Sequence record: NC_048047.1
Length of the DNA: 64,000 nucleotides
Reading direction: 5' to 3' (one strand)
The first letter of the stretch is position 1. Every line of letters starts with the position of its first letter. Of this stretch, positions 32,367 through 41,934 are shown in pieces. Below the pieces are notes generated by a model. The model did no database searches. It saw nothing but the letters and a program-made list of their open reading frames with translations, and was not told the origin of the DNA. A program made the translations under genes and the position numbers.

Positions 32367-33446
32367 ATGACCCGACCTGTCGACACCAACGCCAAGCTCC
32401 TCACCCGCGACCAGTTCCGCGAGGGCGTCTTCGCCCGCGATGGGCATGCCTGCGTCTTTTGCCAGCGCAAGGCCGAGGAGACGAACGAAGGCAAGCTCGA
32501 CGCCCACCACATCTTGGAGCGCCGACTGTTCCAGGCGCCGCACGAGAAGGGCGGCTATTTCCTGGGCAACGGCGCCACGGTCTGCGAGCACCATCACCGC
32601 CTATGCGAGTCGACCCAAATCTCCACCGACGAGGTCTATGCCGCCTGCGGGCTGACCAAGCGTGTCCTGCCCGACCACCTCTACAGCGACTTCGACTACG
32701 ACAAGTGGGGCAACATCGTCCTGCCCACCGGCGAGCGCCTGAAGGGCGAACTGTTCGGTGATGAGTCGGTTCAGAAGATCATGGCCGAGGCCTCGCCGCT
32801 GCCGGTCTTCAAGCACTACGTCAAGTACCCTCGCACCAACCACCTGCCTTGGTCGCCCGGCCTCAACGATGACGACCGGGTGCTCAAGGACATGCTGTCG
32901 TTCGTCGGCGAGCGCGTGATCGTAACCACCAAGATGGACGGCGAGCAGACCAACATGTACCGGGATCACTTCCACGCCCGATCGGTCGAGAGCGCCCACC
33001 ACGAGAGCCAGGGCTGGGCCAAGAACTTCTGGTCGCAGATTTGCGGCGACATTCCCGAGGAATGGCGCGTCTGCGGCGAGAACCTCTACGCCAAGCACTC
33101 GATCGCCTATGACAACCTGCCCACCTACTTCATGGGCTTTGGCATCTGGACCGACCTCAATGTCTGCCTGTCGTGGGACGACACCCTGGAATGGTTCGAG
33201 CTTCTGGGCGTCACGCCCGTGCCGGTGATCTACGACGGCGTCTATGACGAAAAGCTGATCCGGGAACTCTACGACGAGAAGACCTGGGACACCTGTGAGG
33301 GCTATGTCATGCGCGTGGCGCGGTCGTTCTCCTATGGCGAGTTCCGCTCCTGCGTGGGCAAGTTCGTCCGCGCCGGCCACGTCCAGACCACCAAGCACTG
33401 GAAGCACGGCCAGCGGGTCGAGAAGAACGGTCTCGTGCCCGCATGA
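32367..33446 (+). CDS. HNH endonuclease - RNA ligase fusion
   Basis: N-terminal RDGHACVFC...LDAHHILER...GNGATVCEHHH (HNH); C-terminal KYPRTNHLPWSPG, TKMDGEQT (motif I), CGENLYAKHSI, EGYVMR. Confidence 0.85.
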   Translation: MTRPVDTNAKLLTRDQFREGVFARDGHACVFCQRKAEETNEGKLDAHHILERRLFQAPHEKGGYFLGNGATVCEHHHRLCESTQISTDEVYAACGLTKRVLPDHLYSDFDYDKWGNIVLPTGERLKGELFGDESVQKIMAEASPLPVFKHYVKYPRTNHLPWSPGLNDDDRVLKDMLSFVGERVIVTTKMDGEQTNMYRDHFHARSVESAHHESQGWAKNFWSQICGDIPEEWRVCGENLYAKHSIAYDNLPTYFMGFGIWTDLNVCLSWDDTLEWFELLGVTPVPVIYDGVYDEKLIRELYDEKTWDTCEGYVMRVARSFSYGEFRSCVGKFVRAGHVQTTKHWKHGQRVEKNGLVPA

Positions 33447-33628
33447 CCGCCAACGGCAAGTTCATCGTCGTACCCACTGCCTCCGGCTATGCAGTGCGGC
33501 ACCTTTCGCATCTGGGCGAGTCTAATACGATCGCCTTTTACGGCTATGGTGATTACCCCACCAACGAGGCGGCCAGAAACCTCATAGCCGAACTCAACGC
33601 GGCGCTGGAGCGCCGGCTTCTCGCGTGA
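33443..33628 (+). CDS. hypothetical protein
   Basis: ATGA overlap with ligase stop. Confidence 0.6.
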   Translation: MTANGKFIVVPTASGYAVRHLSHLGESNTIAFYGYGDYPTNEAARNLIAELNAALERRLLA

Positions 33629-33906
33629 AGCCGCCAAAGCCGCAGGACTTTGAGTCGCGCCACGCCCGCAAGGCCGCCGCCATCCAGGCCCGCAAGGATC
33701 GGCAGGCGGCCTTCAAGGCCAAGCGCGACGCCGACGGTTTCAAGCGATATGATATCGCCAAGGCTCGCGCCCTCTATCTGGAGGGCCTGTCTCAATCCGA
33801 GGTCGCCCGCCGCGTCGGCGTCCACTTCATGACCATCCACCACATGGTCCATCGCGACTTTCCCGAGATCGTCGCCGAACGCGCCCGCCTGCGAAAGAAG
33901 GCTTGA
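33625..33906 (+). CDS. helix-turn-helix DNA-binding protein
   Basis: ARALYLEGLSQSEVARRVGVHFMTIHHMV. Confidence 0.75.
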   Translation: MKPPKPQDFESRHARKAAAIQARKDRQAAFKAKRDADGFKRYDIAKARALYLEGLSQSEVARRVGVHFMTIHHMVHRDFPEIVAERARLRKKA

Positions 33907-33971
33907 CCTTGCTCCGACATCGTGCGAGAACCCTGTTGACACGCCGACAGGCGCCAACGGAGGGCAAGACC

Positions 33972-34145
33972 ATGAAGACCGCAGACCTGGGCCAAGGCTG
34001 GTACGCCAACGCCAATGACGACGGCAGCTTCACGATCCGCAACCCCGACAAGGGCCAGCGCATCAACCTGACGGGCGAGGAAGCCGAGCGCTTCGTGGCC
34101 CTCTACCGCGCCGCCGAGGCCGAGGTCGCCGTCAAGGCGGGCTGA
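33972..34145 (+). CDS. small hypothetical protein
   Basis: SD GGAGGG; downstream of stacked TTGAC/TGCGAGAA promoter at 33903-33941. Confidence 0.65.
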   Translation: MKTADLGQGWYANANDDGSFTIRNPDKGQRINLTGEEAERFVALYRAAEAEVAVKAG

Positions 34146-34149
34146 TCCC

Positions 34150-34590
34150 ATGAAGCTCGGCCCCAACGACATGTTCGTCATCCGCGATATCATGGGCGGC
34201 GTCGCCGTGGCCTTCCGCACGGAAAGCGTCAGCGGCAACCAAAGCTGTAGCCTGGACATCGCCCGCTTCGCCTTCGCCACCTACCCGACGATCGGCGCGG
34301 CCCAAGACGCCGCCCAGGCCCTGCGCAACAAGCTCAACGAGGCCCTGGTCAGCGAACGGCTGGCCAGTCTCGTCCTGACGACGCCCAAGTGGGACCCCGA
34401 CCTCGTCTACATCACGGGCGATCAGGTCGCCTATAAGGGCGAAGTCTTCGAATACTGCTCGGCCGAGCCCACCCGACCGGGGAGCGCGCGCCCGGACTGG
34501 TCCTCCCGCTGGGAGAACGTCAAGCACATCGGCCGGCTCAACCATCGCCGCGCTGAACTGGTGCGCCAAGCCGCCCAGGCGAAGGCCTGA
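34150..34590 (+). CDS. hypothetical protein with C-terminal CBM5/12-like module
   Basis: PKWDPDLVYITGDQVAYKGEVFE...PDWSSRWE. Confidence 0.55.
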   Translation: MKLGPNDMFVIRDIMGGVAVAFRTESVSGNQSCSLDIARFAFATYPTIGAAQDAAQALRNKLNEALVSERLASLVLTTPKWDPDLVYITGDQVAYKGEVFEYCSAEPTRPGSARPDWSSRWENVKHIGRLNHRRAELVRQAAQAKA

Positions 34591-34667
34591 GATCGGTGTG
34601 CTAGAAAACAGTTGACAACGTCGTCTGCGCGCGGTCTATAGGCGCAAGACCTGAAGAGGAGTCCCGC

Positions 34668-35861
34668 TTGCGCTGGTTGAAAGAACTGTTCGTCCCGTCC
34701 TGCAAATGCGAGCGCCTCGGGCATCGCTGCCGCACCGAGTGGCGCGCAGGCTATGTCGAGCGGATCGAAGGCAATATCTGGAACAACTCCTACGTCGCCT
34801 TCTTCGTCCGTCAGGAACGCGTGGTCTGCACGCGCTGCAAGTTCGAAGTCAAGCCCTGGACGGTCGTCAAGCACGAGGGCCTTAGCGGGTTTGGTACCTC
34901 CCGCGAAAACTGGGAGCAAACCCAGAATGGTGGCTATTGGACCGAGTGGGGTCACAAGCCTTTTTTGAAGGAATCTGCGTCGTGAACCACAACGAAATGG
35001 CCGTCCTCTATGTCAGCGACCGCTGCGATGACGATGGCGACACCTACATCTTCCTGACCTTCGACAACGAAGACGAGGCCAACGCCCTGGAGCGCCGGCT
35101 GTCGTCGGCCATCGCGCGCACCCAGCGTGACGATGGCCTGTCGTACGAGGCCTATCGTCGCCGGCGCCTCGCCGCGCTCGTCGAGGTCGAACCGACCCTG
35201 GACAGCTTCTCGCCCTTCCACGAGATGAACCACCAGCGCATGTCGTTCCACGTCGATGTGGTCCCGCTGCGACGGGCGCCACGCGAGCGCATGCAGGTCA
35301 GCGACCACCAGCCCTCGGCCATCGCCCAGGATACCGGCCGCGACGAGATCAAGTCGATGCAGCGCGCCGGCATGGACGTCAAGCGCGGGCTGCTGGAACA
35401 CGCCTACTTCCTCCTGCTGGCGGACATGCCCCGGCACGAGATCAACGACAGCGCCACCATGGCCGCCATCCGCGCGGTCATTGTCGACAAGGCCGCTTGA
35501 CACGGACTTGAAAGCATCAACTTAAGGTTTCACAATGATCTTCTTCGATTCTGATCCGATCGCCAACCTGTCCTTGAACGTGCTGATGTGGTGGGCCGGC
35601 GTGGGCCTCTCCTACATGGTCCTGATGTGGATCGCCGTCATGCTCGACAACGCCATCTGCGCGACCTTCGGCTGGCGCCCTCATGTCGAGCGGCTGCTGT
35701 TCAAGAGCTTTGATCGCTTCGACCTGCCGCCTATGTGCGTGGTCGGCTTCTGGTTCATCGCCATCCCGTTCCAGGTGTTGTGGGCGGTCATCGGCTTGGT
35801 GCAGATGGCGCACAAGCCCAGGTCCGTCAAAAACGAGCGCCCCTATCAAGGCTGCGTCTGA
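34668..35861 (+). CDS. hypothetical genes (34668-34985, 34982-35500, 35535-35861 membrane protein)
   Basis: promoter TTGACA at 34612; coupled ORFs; two TM segments in the last. Confidence 0.65.
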
Positions 35862-35864
35862 TCC

Positions 35865-36044
35865 ATGATCACCGCGCAGGAAGAACGAGACGCCCGCGAG
35901 GAGGGCTGGCAGGCGGCCAAGGCTGGCAAGCGCAAGTCCTCCAATCCCCACTTTGGCAAGCGCGGGCGCGCCTGGGACCAAGGCTGGATCGCCGGCAAGG
36001 ATGATAGCGAGACGCCGCAGCGGCCTGACCTCGACGAGGCGTGA
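35865..36044 (+). CDS. Rmf-like small protein (59 aa, not in ORF track)
   Basis: MITAQEERDAREEGWQAAKAGKRKSSNPHFGKRGRAWDQGWIAG. Confidence 0.6.
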   Translation: MITAQEERDAREEGWQAAKAGKRKSSNPHFGKRGRAWDQGWIAGKDDSETPQRPDLDEA

Positions 36045-36142
36045 CGATGTGAGATCGCGATGGTCTGAGGCCGTGACGAAGTGAGAGTTTGAAGTCGCGA
36101 GCGGGTCGCCGAAGGCGGCGCGTGATGCGTATAAGGAAGACC

Positions 36143-36424
36143 ATGGCCAAGCCTCCCTACCGGATCGCGATGATCTACGACATCAACGGCGTGCTCTGGC
36201 ACCGCTGTGAGAAGTTCGTCAAGATCGCCGGCGTGTCTGACTACTTCCCGCTGGAGATCGGCTGGAGTGGCGTGGGTGTGCGCCAGGATGCCGTGTTCTC
36301 CGAATACGAAGATGCCTTCCGCTACCTGAAGCGCTACATCGCCGCCAGCAATGGAAGCTACCAGCCCAAGGTCGTCGTCTACTTCGACGACAACGGCAAT
36401 CCTATCCCTGAAGAGGACCTATGA
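36143..36424 (+). CDS. hypothetical protein
   Basis: SD AAGGAAG; ATG at 36143. Confidence 0.65.
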   Translation: MAKPPYRIAMIYDINGVLWHRCEKFVKIAGVSDYFPLEIGWSGVGVRQDAVFSEYEDAFRYLKRYIAASNGSYQPKVVVYFDDNGNPIPEEDL

Positions 36425-37158
36425 CCCAGCCGCCCATCACGCCGCTCGACCGCGACATCGTCGATCTCTTCCAGGAAGAAGGCGCCGAAACGATCCTGGA
36501 GATCGTGCCGCTTCTCTTCGACATGGTCCTGTCGATCGCCCGCGCGCAAAAGCTCTCCTCCAAGGTCCAGCGCTTCGGCAACGTCAAGAACCCGTTCGCC
36601 GGCGAGGGCGTCAAGCCTAACTTTGAACTGCTGGAGGACGAGCTTGGCGACCTGCTGGCCATCGCCGGCATCCTGGGTTCGCGCGGCATCCTCAACAAGG
36701 AGCGCGTCGACGCCCGCGTCGCCTGGAAGACCGGGATGCTCACGACCCACGGCTCGATCGACTGGACCAAGCTCGATCTGCCCGAGAACCAGCCGCGCAC
36801 CTTGAAGGACGCCACCGACGAGGACTTGGCCGGCCCGAACTTCGGCGGCTACGTCAACAAGGCGCCATACCAGGAAATGCGCCTGCGCCAAGCCATGACT
36901 GGCTCCAACGCGCCGACCGAGAAGGACTGGGTCGAGGCGCTGAAGGTTCTGAACGCCTTCCTGCGCCTGACGCCCGAGGAACTGGGCCACCGCCAGGAAA
37001 TGGCTATGGTCCGTAAGGTTGGTGGTTCGGTGGCCCTGGACTTTGGCGACTACCGCCCGGAGTATCAGGGGACTCTGAAGCACCGAGGCGCGGCGATCCT
37101 GGACATGCTGTTCGACCGCAACGTCGCCGATGCGCTGGGCCTGTCCGCCGACGCATGA
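36421..37158 (+). CDS. MazG-like nucleotide pyrophosphohydrolase with C-terminal extension
   Basis: FQEEGAE...SKVQRFG...LLEDELGDLLAIA acidic motifs. Confidence 0.7.
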   Translation: MTQPPITPLDRDIVDLFQEEGAETILEIVPLLFDMVLSIARAQKLSSKVQRFGNVKNPFAGEGVKPNFELLEDELGDLLAIAGILGSRGILNKERVDARVAWKTGMLTTHGSIDWTKLDLPENQPRTLKDATDEDLAGPNFGGYVNKAPYQEMRLRQAMTGSNAPTEKDWVEALKVLNAFLRLTPEELGHRQEMAMVRKVGGSVALDFGDYRPEYQGTLKHRGAAILDMLFDRNVADALGLSADA

Positions 37159-37904
37159 AGTCGCCCAAGGCCGTCGAGGTGATCCTGGCCAAGCACGGCG
37201 CCAGGATCGCCGAGGTCGTCACCAAGTACATCACCGGCTTTGAGGGTGAGTCCGATCCGGCCGCCCTGGCGCGCCGCGTGCTCGACGCCCTGATCGCGGC
37301 CGACCCCTCGCCCAACTCGATCTATGTCGACCGCATGATCCTGTGGATGCAGCGCGGCGCCTGGGTCTATGCCGACGATCTGGAGCATGCCCTATGCGTG
37401 CTCGAAATCTACACCCGCCTCAAGCCTAGCCTGCCGCAGGCGCAGCGTGATGTCGGCCGCTTCGACTACTGGTGGCAGTTCGAGGATTTTGTCGGCAGTC
37501 TGCCGGGCGTCGACATCATGGCCTATATCCGGTCCAAGGACATCGCCGCCTACGAGCAGTCCCTGTTCGACGCCGGCGAGGCCTCGCTGTTCCTCGACAC
37601 TGACGCGATGCGGATCGTCATCCCCCATACCCTGGCGACCAGCATCTATTTTGGCAAGGGCGCCAAGTGGTGTACGGCCATGGAAGGAAGCCGCCATTTC
37701 GAGGTCTATAACCGATCGGGCTACCTCTACATCGTCACCTTCAAGGACACCGGCGCGCGCTGGCAGCTTCACCTGGAGACGAACTCATACTGCGATGAGC
37801 GCGACAGGCCTGTCTTCAACTACCATGAGGTCCTGGCGTTGATCGAGGCGCGGCGACAGACCTGGGTCAGGCTTGCGAGAAAACAGTTGACATCCTCCTA
37901 TTAG
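37155..37904 (+). CDS. phage protein with KWCT motif, function unknown
   Basis: FGKGAKWCTAM...YLYIV...WQLHLETNSYCDERDRP. Confidence 0.65.
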   Translation: MKSPKAVEVILAKHGARIAEVVTKYITGFEGESDPAALARRVLDALIAADPSPNSIYVDRMILWMQRGAWVYADDLEHALCVLEIYTRLKPSLPQAQRDVGRFDYWWQFEDFVGSLPGVDIMAYIRSKDIAAYEQSLFDAGEASLFLDTDAMRIVIPHTLATSIYFGKGAKWCTAMEGSRHFEVYNRSGYLYIVTFKDTGARWQLHLETNSYCDERDRPVFNYHEVLALIEARRQTWVRLARKQLTSSY

Positions 37905-37946
37905 CGCGGGACAACGGCGCATCGCTGAAGAACCAAGGAGACGCCC

Positions 37947-40137
37947 GTGCTGCAAATGGTGAAACTGGACCCGCGCATCGGCGTGCTTCAGACCGAACGC
38001 GGCATGGCGTTCTACGCCTATCCGAACGGCTATGACGCGCCGGCCGTGCGCGGCAGCCGCGAGAAGGTCGAGTACGCCCTGGGCGTGCGCCGGCGCTTCA
38101 ACGCCCTGGGTGATGTCCCCTTCGGCCCCTACCTGACCGTCTATGACGTCGAGGTCACGGTGCGCTCCTGGTCGCATGGCTATCTGCGTTTCACCCGCGA
38201 GCCCATCCGGTTCGAAGGCATCCGGGCGCCGTCCAAGTCGGCCGCCAACCAGGAGGCCCGTCGCCTGCTCAAGCACGGTCGCGGCGGCCTGCCGTCGTGC
38301 AAGGCCACCTTGCGAGAAAACGGTTGACAGCCTGCTAGGCCTATGCGAGAACACCTCGAAGACGGCGCCTGCGCCGCCCGCAAGGACCCCTAAGATGACC
38401 TTCGACCGCACCATCACCGCCGAGTTGGGCCAGTATGCCGAGGGCGAGTTCGAGCGCTACGGCACGCGCCACTACAACCTGCGCGCCGACGACTATGGCT
38501 ATGCCCTCGGCTATCTCAAGCACGAAGCCGACGGGACCTGGATCGTCTACAACTTCCACCGCGATGCGATCGGCATGCCGTCGTGCCCGATCACGCCCTT
38601 CCCGACGCAGGAAGCCGCGCTGGCGTGGTGCAACGAACGCTACCTTGCCGCCCACGCGCGCGCCGAGGCCATGGTCGCCCAGGCCATGGAAATCATTCGC
38701 GCCGATCTGTCGCCGGTTGAACGCTACGAGAAGGACTGGGGCAACTCCGCCTTGACCATCGTGGTGTCGCTGATCTTCCCCTGCGAGCCGGGTGAAGGCG
38801 TCTCGCTGGCCCACGTCGTCCATGCCCGCATGACCATCGTCGAGGCGCTGACCGCGCTCGACATCCTGGCCGAGAGCAAAATCTACCCGTCGATCGTCGG
38901 CCGCGTCATGGACTTTGACCCGGTGGGCAAGCACCTGGGCGGCGCCTTCTGGCGACGTGACGCCTTCGGCAGCCATCCGGGCGACTACCACCTGCTGGGC
39001 TGGCGCTCGATGCGCAACTGGAACGCCTACCTGCAAAAGAAGAAGGAGAAGGCCGCGTGAAAAAGACCCACAAGCTCACCAAGGAAGAAGCCGACCTGAT
39101 CCGGCGCGTGGCCTGCAACAATGTCGGCCGAGGCCGCGTCAAGCTCGAAGTCAACCTGCGCGAGGACAATCACGGCAACGCCGGCTACAACATCCTGTCC
39201 ATGGTCGGCGATCACGACATGACCGACACCGCGCCCTGGGGCCGGTTCCGCAGCCGTGTCTTCCCGCTGGTCGACGGCGCCGCTATGCTCGACGTAGCGA
39301 TCCAGTCCTCGCACGAAGATGGCGACGGTCCCGAACTCCTCTCCCATGTCAAGCCGGTCTGGGAGGCCGGCGTGCTGGTGCGGATCGAAGGCTATGATCG
39401 GGTCCTATGGCAGCGCGCCGCGTGACCGAACCCGTCATCCCGACCCTGACGCTCCTGGCCATGCTGCGCGACGCCCAGACGAGCGTGATCCTGTCGTCGG
39501 GCCGCGAACTCAGCTACATCGACGCCGACGTGCTGATCAAGGGCGTGGCCGAGTACGTCAGCGACTACACCGTCCTCTGGCTGGAAAAGCTGCTGCTCGG
39601 CGTCCACATCACCGAGGCCGAGCACATCCTGTCGGCCGCGCAGAACGACCCGGAATTTCCGAACTATGTCGCCCTGCGCGTCTGGGCGCATCGGGTCAAC
39701 GGCAAGTGGAACCGCGACTTCATCAAGATGCTGCGCGCCCGCGCCACCACCCAGCCGCCCGGCGTCACCGACATGCTGGCCCAGGCCGATCCCGATGACT
39801 GGGCGGTCAAGCGCTACCTGGGCAACGGCGACGTCATCGTGCGCCTCACCACCAGCGGCGTGATCGCCGACGTCGAAGCCGTCAAGCTGGTCTGACCATG
39901 GCTCGCAAGCCCAGGCTCGTCAGCGTGCGCGGCAAGGCCGAACTGGTCGAGGGAACCAAGGTGCGCTTCATCTGCCCGCTGGGCCACACCCAGGTCGAGG
40001 ACCTGGGCCGAAAATCCCTGCCGCTACCCAGGCGCTACTCGGCCGAGGCGGTCAAGCGGCTGGCCCACTGGTGGCGCCAGGGCGTGACCTTCGACTGCAA
40101 GCGCTGCACCAAGGATCAGGCCGCTTCGAGACAGTAG
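37947..40137 (+). CDS. hypothetical genes (37947-38327, 38395-39060, 39057-39425, 39422-39895, 39898-40137)
   Basis: promoters TTGACA at 37887 and 38324; coupled ORFs. Confidence 0.7.
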
Positions 40138-40349
40138 CGCTTGCGCAGCACGTCCTTGTAAAAGGTCATCGCCTCGGCTTCGGTGGGATAGCGCTTGAGG
40201 CTGGTCCCGTCCTCGAACTGGTAACGGGCGCGGACCTCCCAGCCCTGGCCATCATGCGAGGCCGAGCAGAAGAAGTTGTTGCCCTCGTCCTGCCACTTGC
40301 GGCTGGCCGCGTTCCAGAAGATCACGTCGTCGACGGTGCTGCGGTTCAT
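40116..40349 (-). CDS. hypothetical protein (minus strand)
   Basis: good codon bias on minus strand; follows 40353-40550. Confidence 0.7.
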   Translation of the reverse strand: MNRSTVDDVIFWNAASRKWQDEGNNFFCSASHDGQGWEVRARYQFEDGTSLKRYPTEAEAMTFYKDVLRKRYCLEAA

Positions 40350-40352
40350 GTC

Positions 40353-40550
40353 CTAGAAACTCCAGAGATGCTGGGCGCCGTGCTCGGTCGCCAGCCATTC
40401 GCGCAGGCTCTCGTCGTCCTCGATCTCATCGGGGAGTTCCAGGCCCACGAGCATGAGCGCTTTGTCGCAGTCCTCCTTGACGTCGCCCAGGTTGTCAGCC
40501 AGCAGGATGCTGTGGACGAGGCTTATCAAGACGTGCTTGGGATCAGGCAT
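40353..40550 (-). CDS. acidic hypothetical protein (minus strand, probably leaderless)
   Basis: ATG lies 6 nt after a TAATCT -10 element. Confidence 0.7.
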   Translation of the reverse strand: MPDPKHVLISLVHSILLADNLGDVKEDCDKALMLVGLELPDEIEDDESLREWLATEHGAQHLWSF

Positions 40551-40556
40551 GCCGTG

Positions 40557-40585
40557 AGATTAGGACCGCAGGCACCGTTGGTCAA
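40557..40585 (-). promoter_or_regulatory. leftward sigma70-type promoter
   Basis: minus strand TTGACC-17 nt-TAATCT. Confidence 0.75.
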
Positions 40586-40688
40586 GCTAATTGGCGCGCC
40601 TGTAAAAGATCGCGTCACGGTGACATTCCCACTTGCATGTCCATTAACCACCCCATAAAGTGAGCCCACGTCATCACGAGGGTTTCCC

Positions 40689-41477
40689 ATGACCACGCGC
40701 CGCGATCTCTTCGTCTCCGGTTTGGCCCTGGCCGCCGCCTCCGCCTCGGCCATACCGGGTATGGCTGCCGCCAAGGCCCTGAAAAACAAGGACGATTTCG
40801 ACAAACGCGTCCTCGACGTCCTGGCGCAGGGCGCCGCGACCGGCGGCGGATTCCAGCAAGGCCTGGACCAAGACGTCGCCGACTATCTGGTCAAGCACAA
40901 GCTGGCTTTCGGCATCACCCTCAAGAGCTTTGGCGACATCCACGTCTCCAACCCGGCCAAGCCCGCGACCGTCGACACCTACGGCCCCACCAAGGAAGGC
41001 CTCCAGGCGGGCAACATCGTCCTGGCCGATCGCCTCTCGCCTGACGCCGGCGCCATGCTACGCAAGGCCTTCGCCACCCGCGCGCCCGCCAGTGAAACCC
41101 GCAGGGGTTCGCGCGCCGAGGTCGAGCGTCGCCTGTACGCCCACCTGACCGGCCGCGCCTTCAAGGATCGCCTGCCGGTCGCGCCGCTGGTCCTGAACGA
41201 GACCTCCCACCGCCAGGACTTCATCCTCGCCGGCCTGGAACAAGGCTCCCTGCGGCCGGCCTCGTGGTCGGGGAATTCCTATACCGAAGGCGGCGTCCTC
41301 TGGGTCGAGCGCACCCCCACCTTCCTGATCGGCCTGGACTTCTCCTACGGCATGACCTGGGAGATCGACAAGGTGGCGATGAACAACGACATCGTCCAGT
41401 TCCAATCCCTGCCATCCCACGAGCGCGACGTCTTCACGCGCCTCGTCTCCAGTCACCTCACCGACGTCTTCGGCTAG
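40689..41477 (+). CDS. Tat-signal protein, paralogue family member 3
   Basis: MTTRRDLFVSGLALAAASASAIPGMAAA; VLNETSHRQDFILAGLEQGSLRP. Confidence 0.7.
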   Translation: MTTRRDLFVSGLALAAASASAIPGMAAAKALKNKDDFDKRVLDVLAQGAATGGGFQQGLDQDVADYLVKHKLAFGITLKSFGDIHVSNPAKPATVDTYGPTKEGLQAGNIVLADRLSPDAGAMLRKAFATRAPASETRRGSRAEVERRLYAHLTGRAFKDRLPVAPLVLNETSHRQDFILAGLEQGSLRPASWSGNSYTEGGVLWVERTPTFLIGLDFSYGMTWEIDKVAMNNDIVQFQSLPSHERDVFTRLVSSHLTDVFG

Positions 41478-41673
41478 CAGCGCAGCCCGCGACGCGGTTC
41501 GCTCCCCCTAGGGTCGAAGTGTGCCGCGCGAAGCGCTCGCGTTATGGTATTTCAAAGTTGCCTGACGGTTGCCGTATCAACAGGTTTTCTCAATTTCTGA
41601 GAGTCATCGCCTAGGCTGCGTTTCGGCACGCCCCCGCGAGGCGATCTCTCATGCCCAGCCACCCAGGAGCCCC

Positions 41674-41934
41674 ATGCCCATCGGCAGTCACCATCGCTAT
41701 GTGATCGGCCAGCGCTGGTACACCTCCAGCGAGGTCCAGAGCCTGATCGTCCAGACCCTGCCCCGCCTGCCGGCCGGCAAGACCGCCGTGCGCCTGGACC
41801 TGGAGTTCGGCAGCGCCGATCTCTCCCAGAAGCGCATCAGCGCCATGCTCCAGGCGCTCGCCAAACAAGGCCGCGTGCGCAAGGTGCGCCATGGCCACTT
41901 CGAAGCCGTCCCCAGGAAACCCATCCATGACTGA
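41674..41934 (+). CDS. small winged-helix-like protein
   Basis: SD AGGAG; RISAMLQALAKQGRVRKVRHGHFEA wing motif. Confidence 0.6.
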   Translation: MPIGSHHRYVIGQRWYTSSEVQSLIVQTLPRLPAGKTAVRLDLEFGSADLSQKRISAMLQALAKQGRVRKVRHGHFEAVPRKPIHD

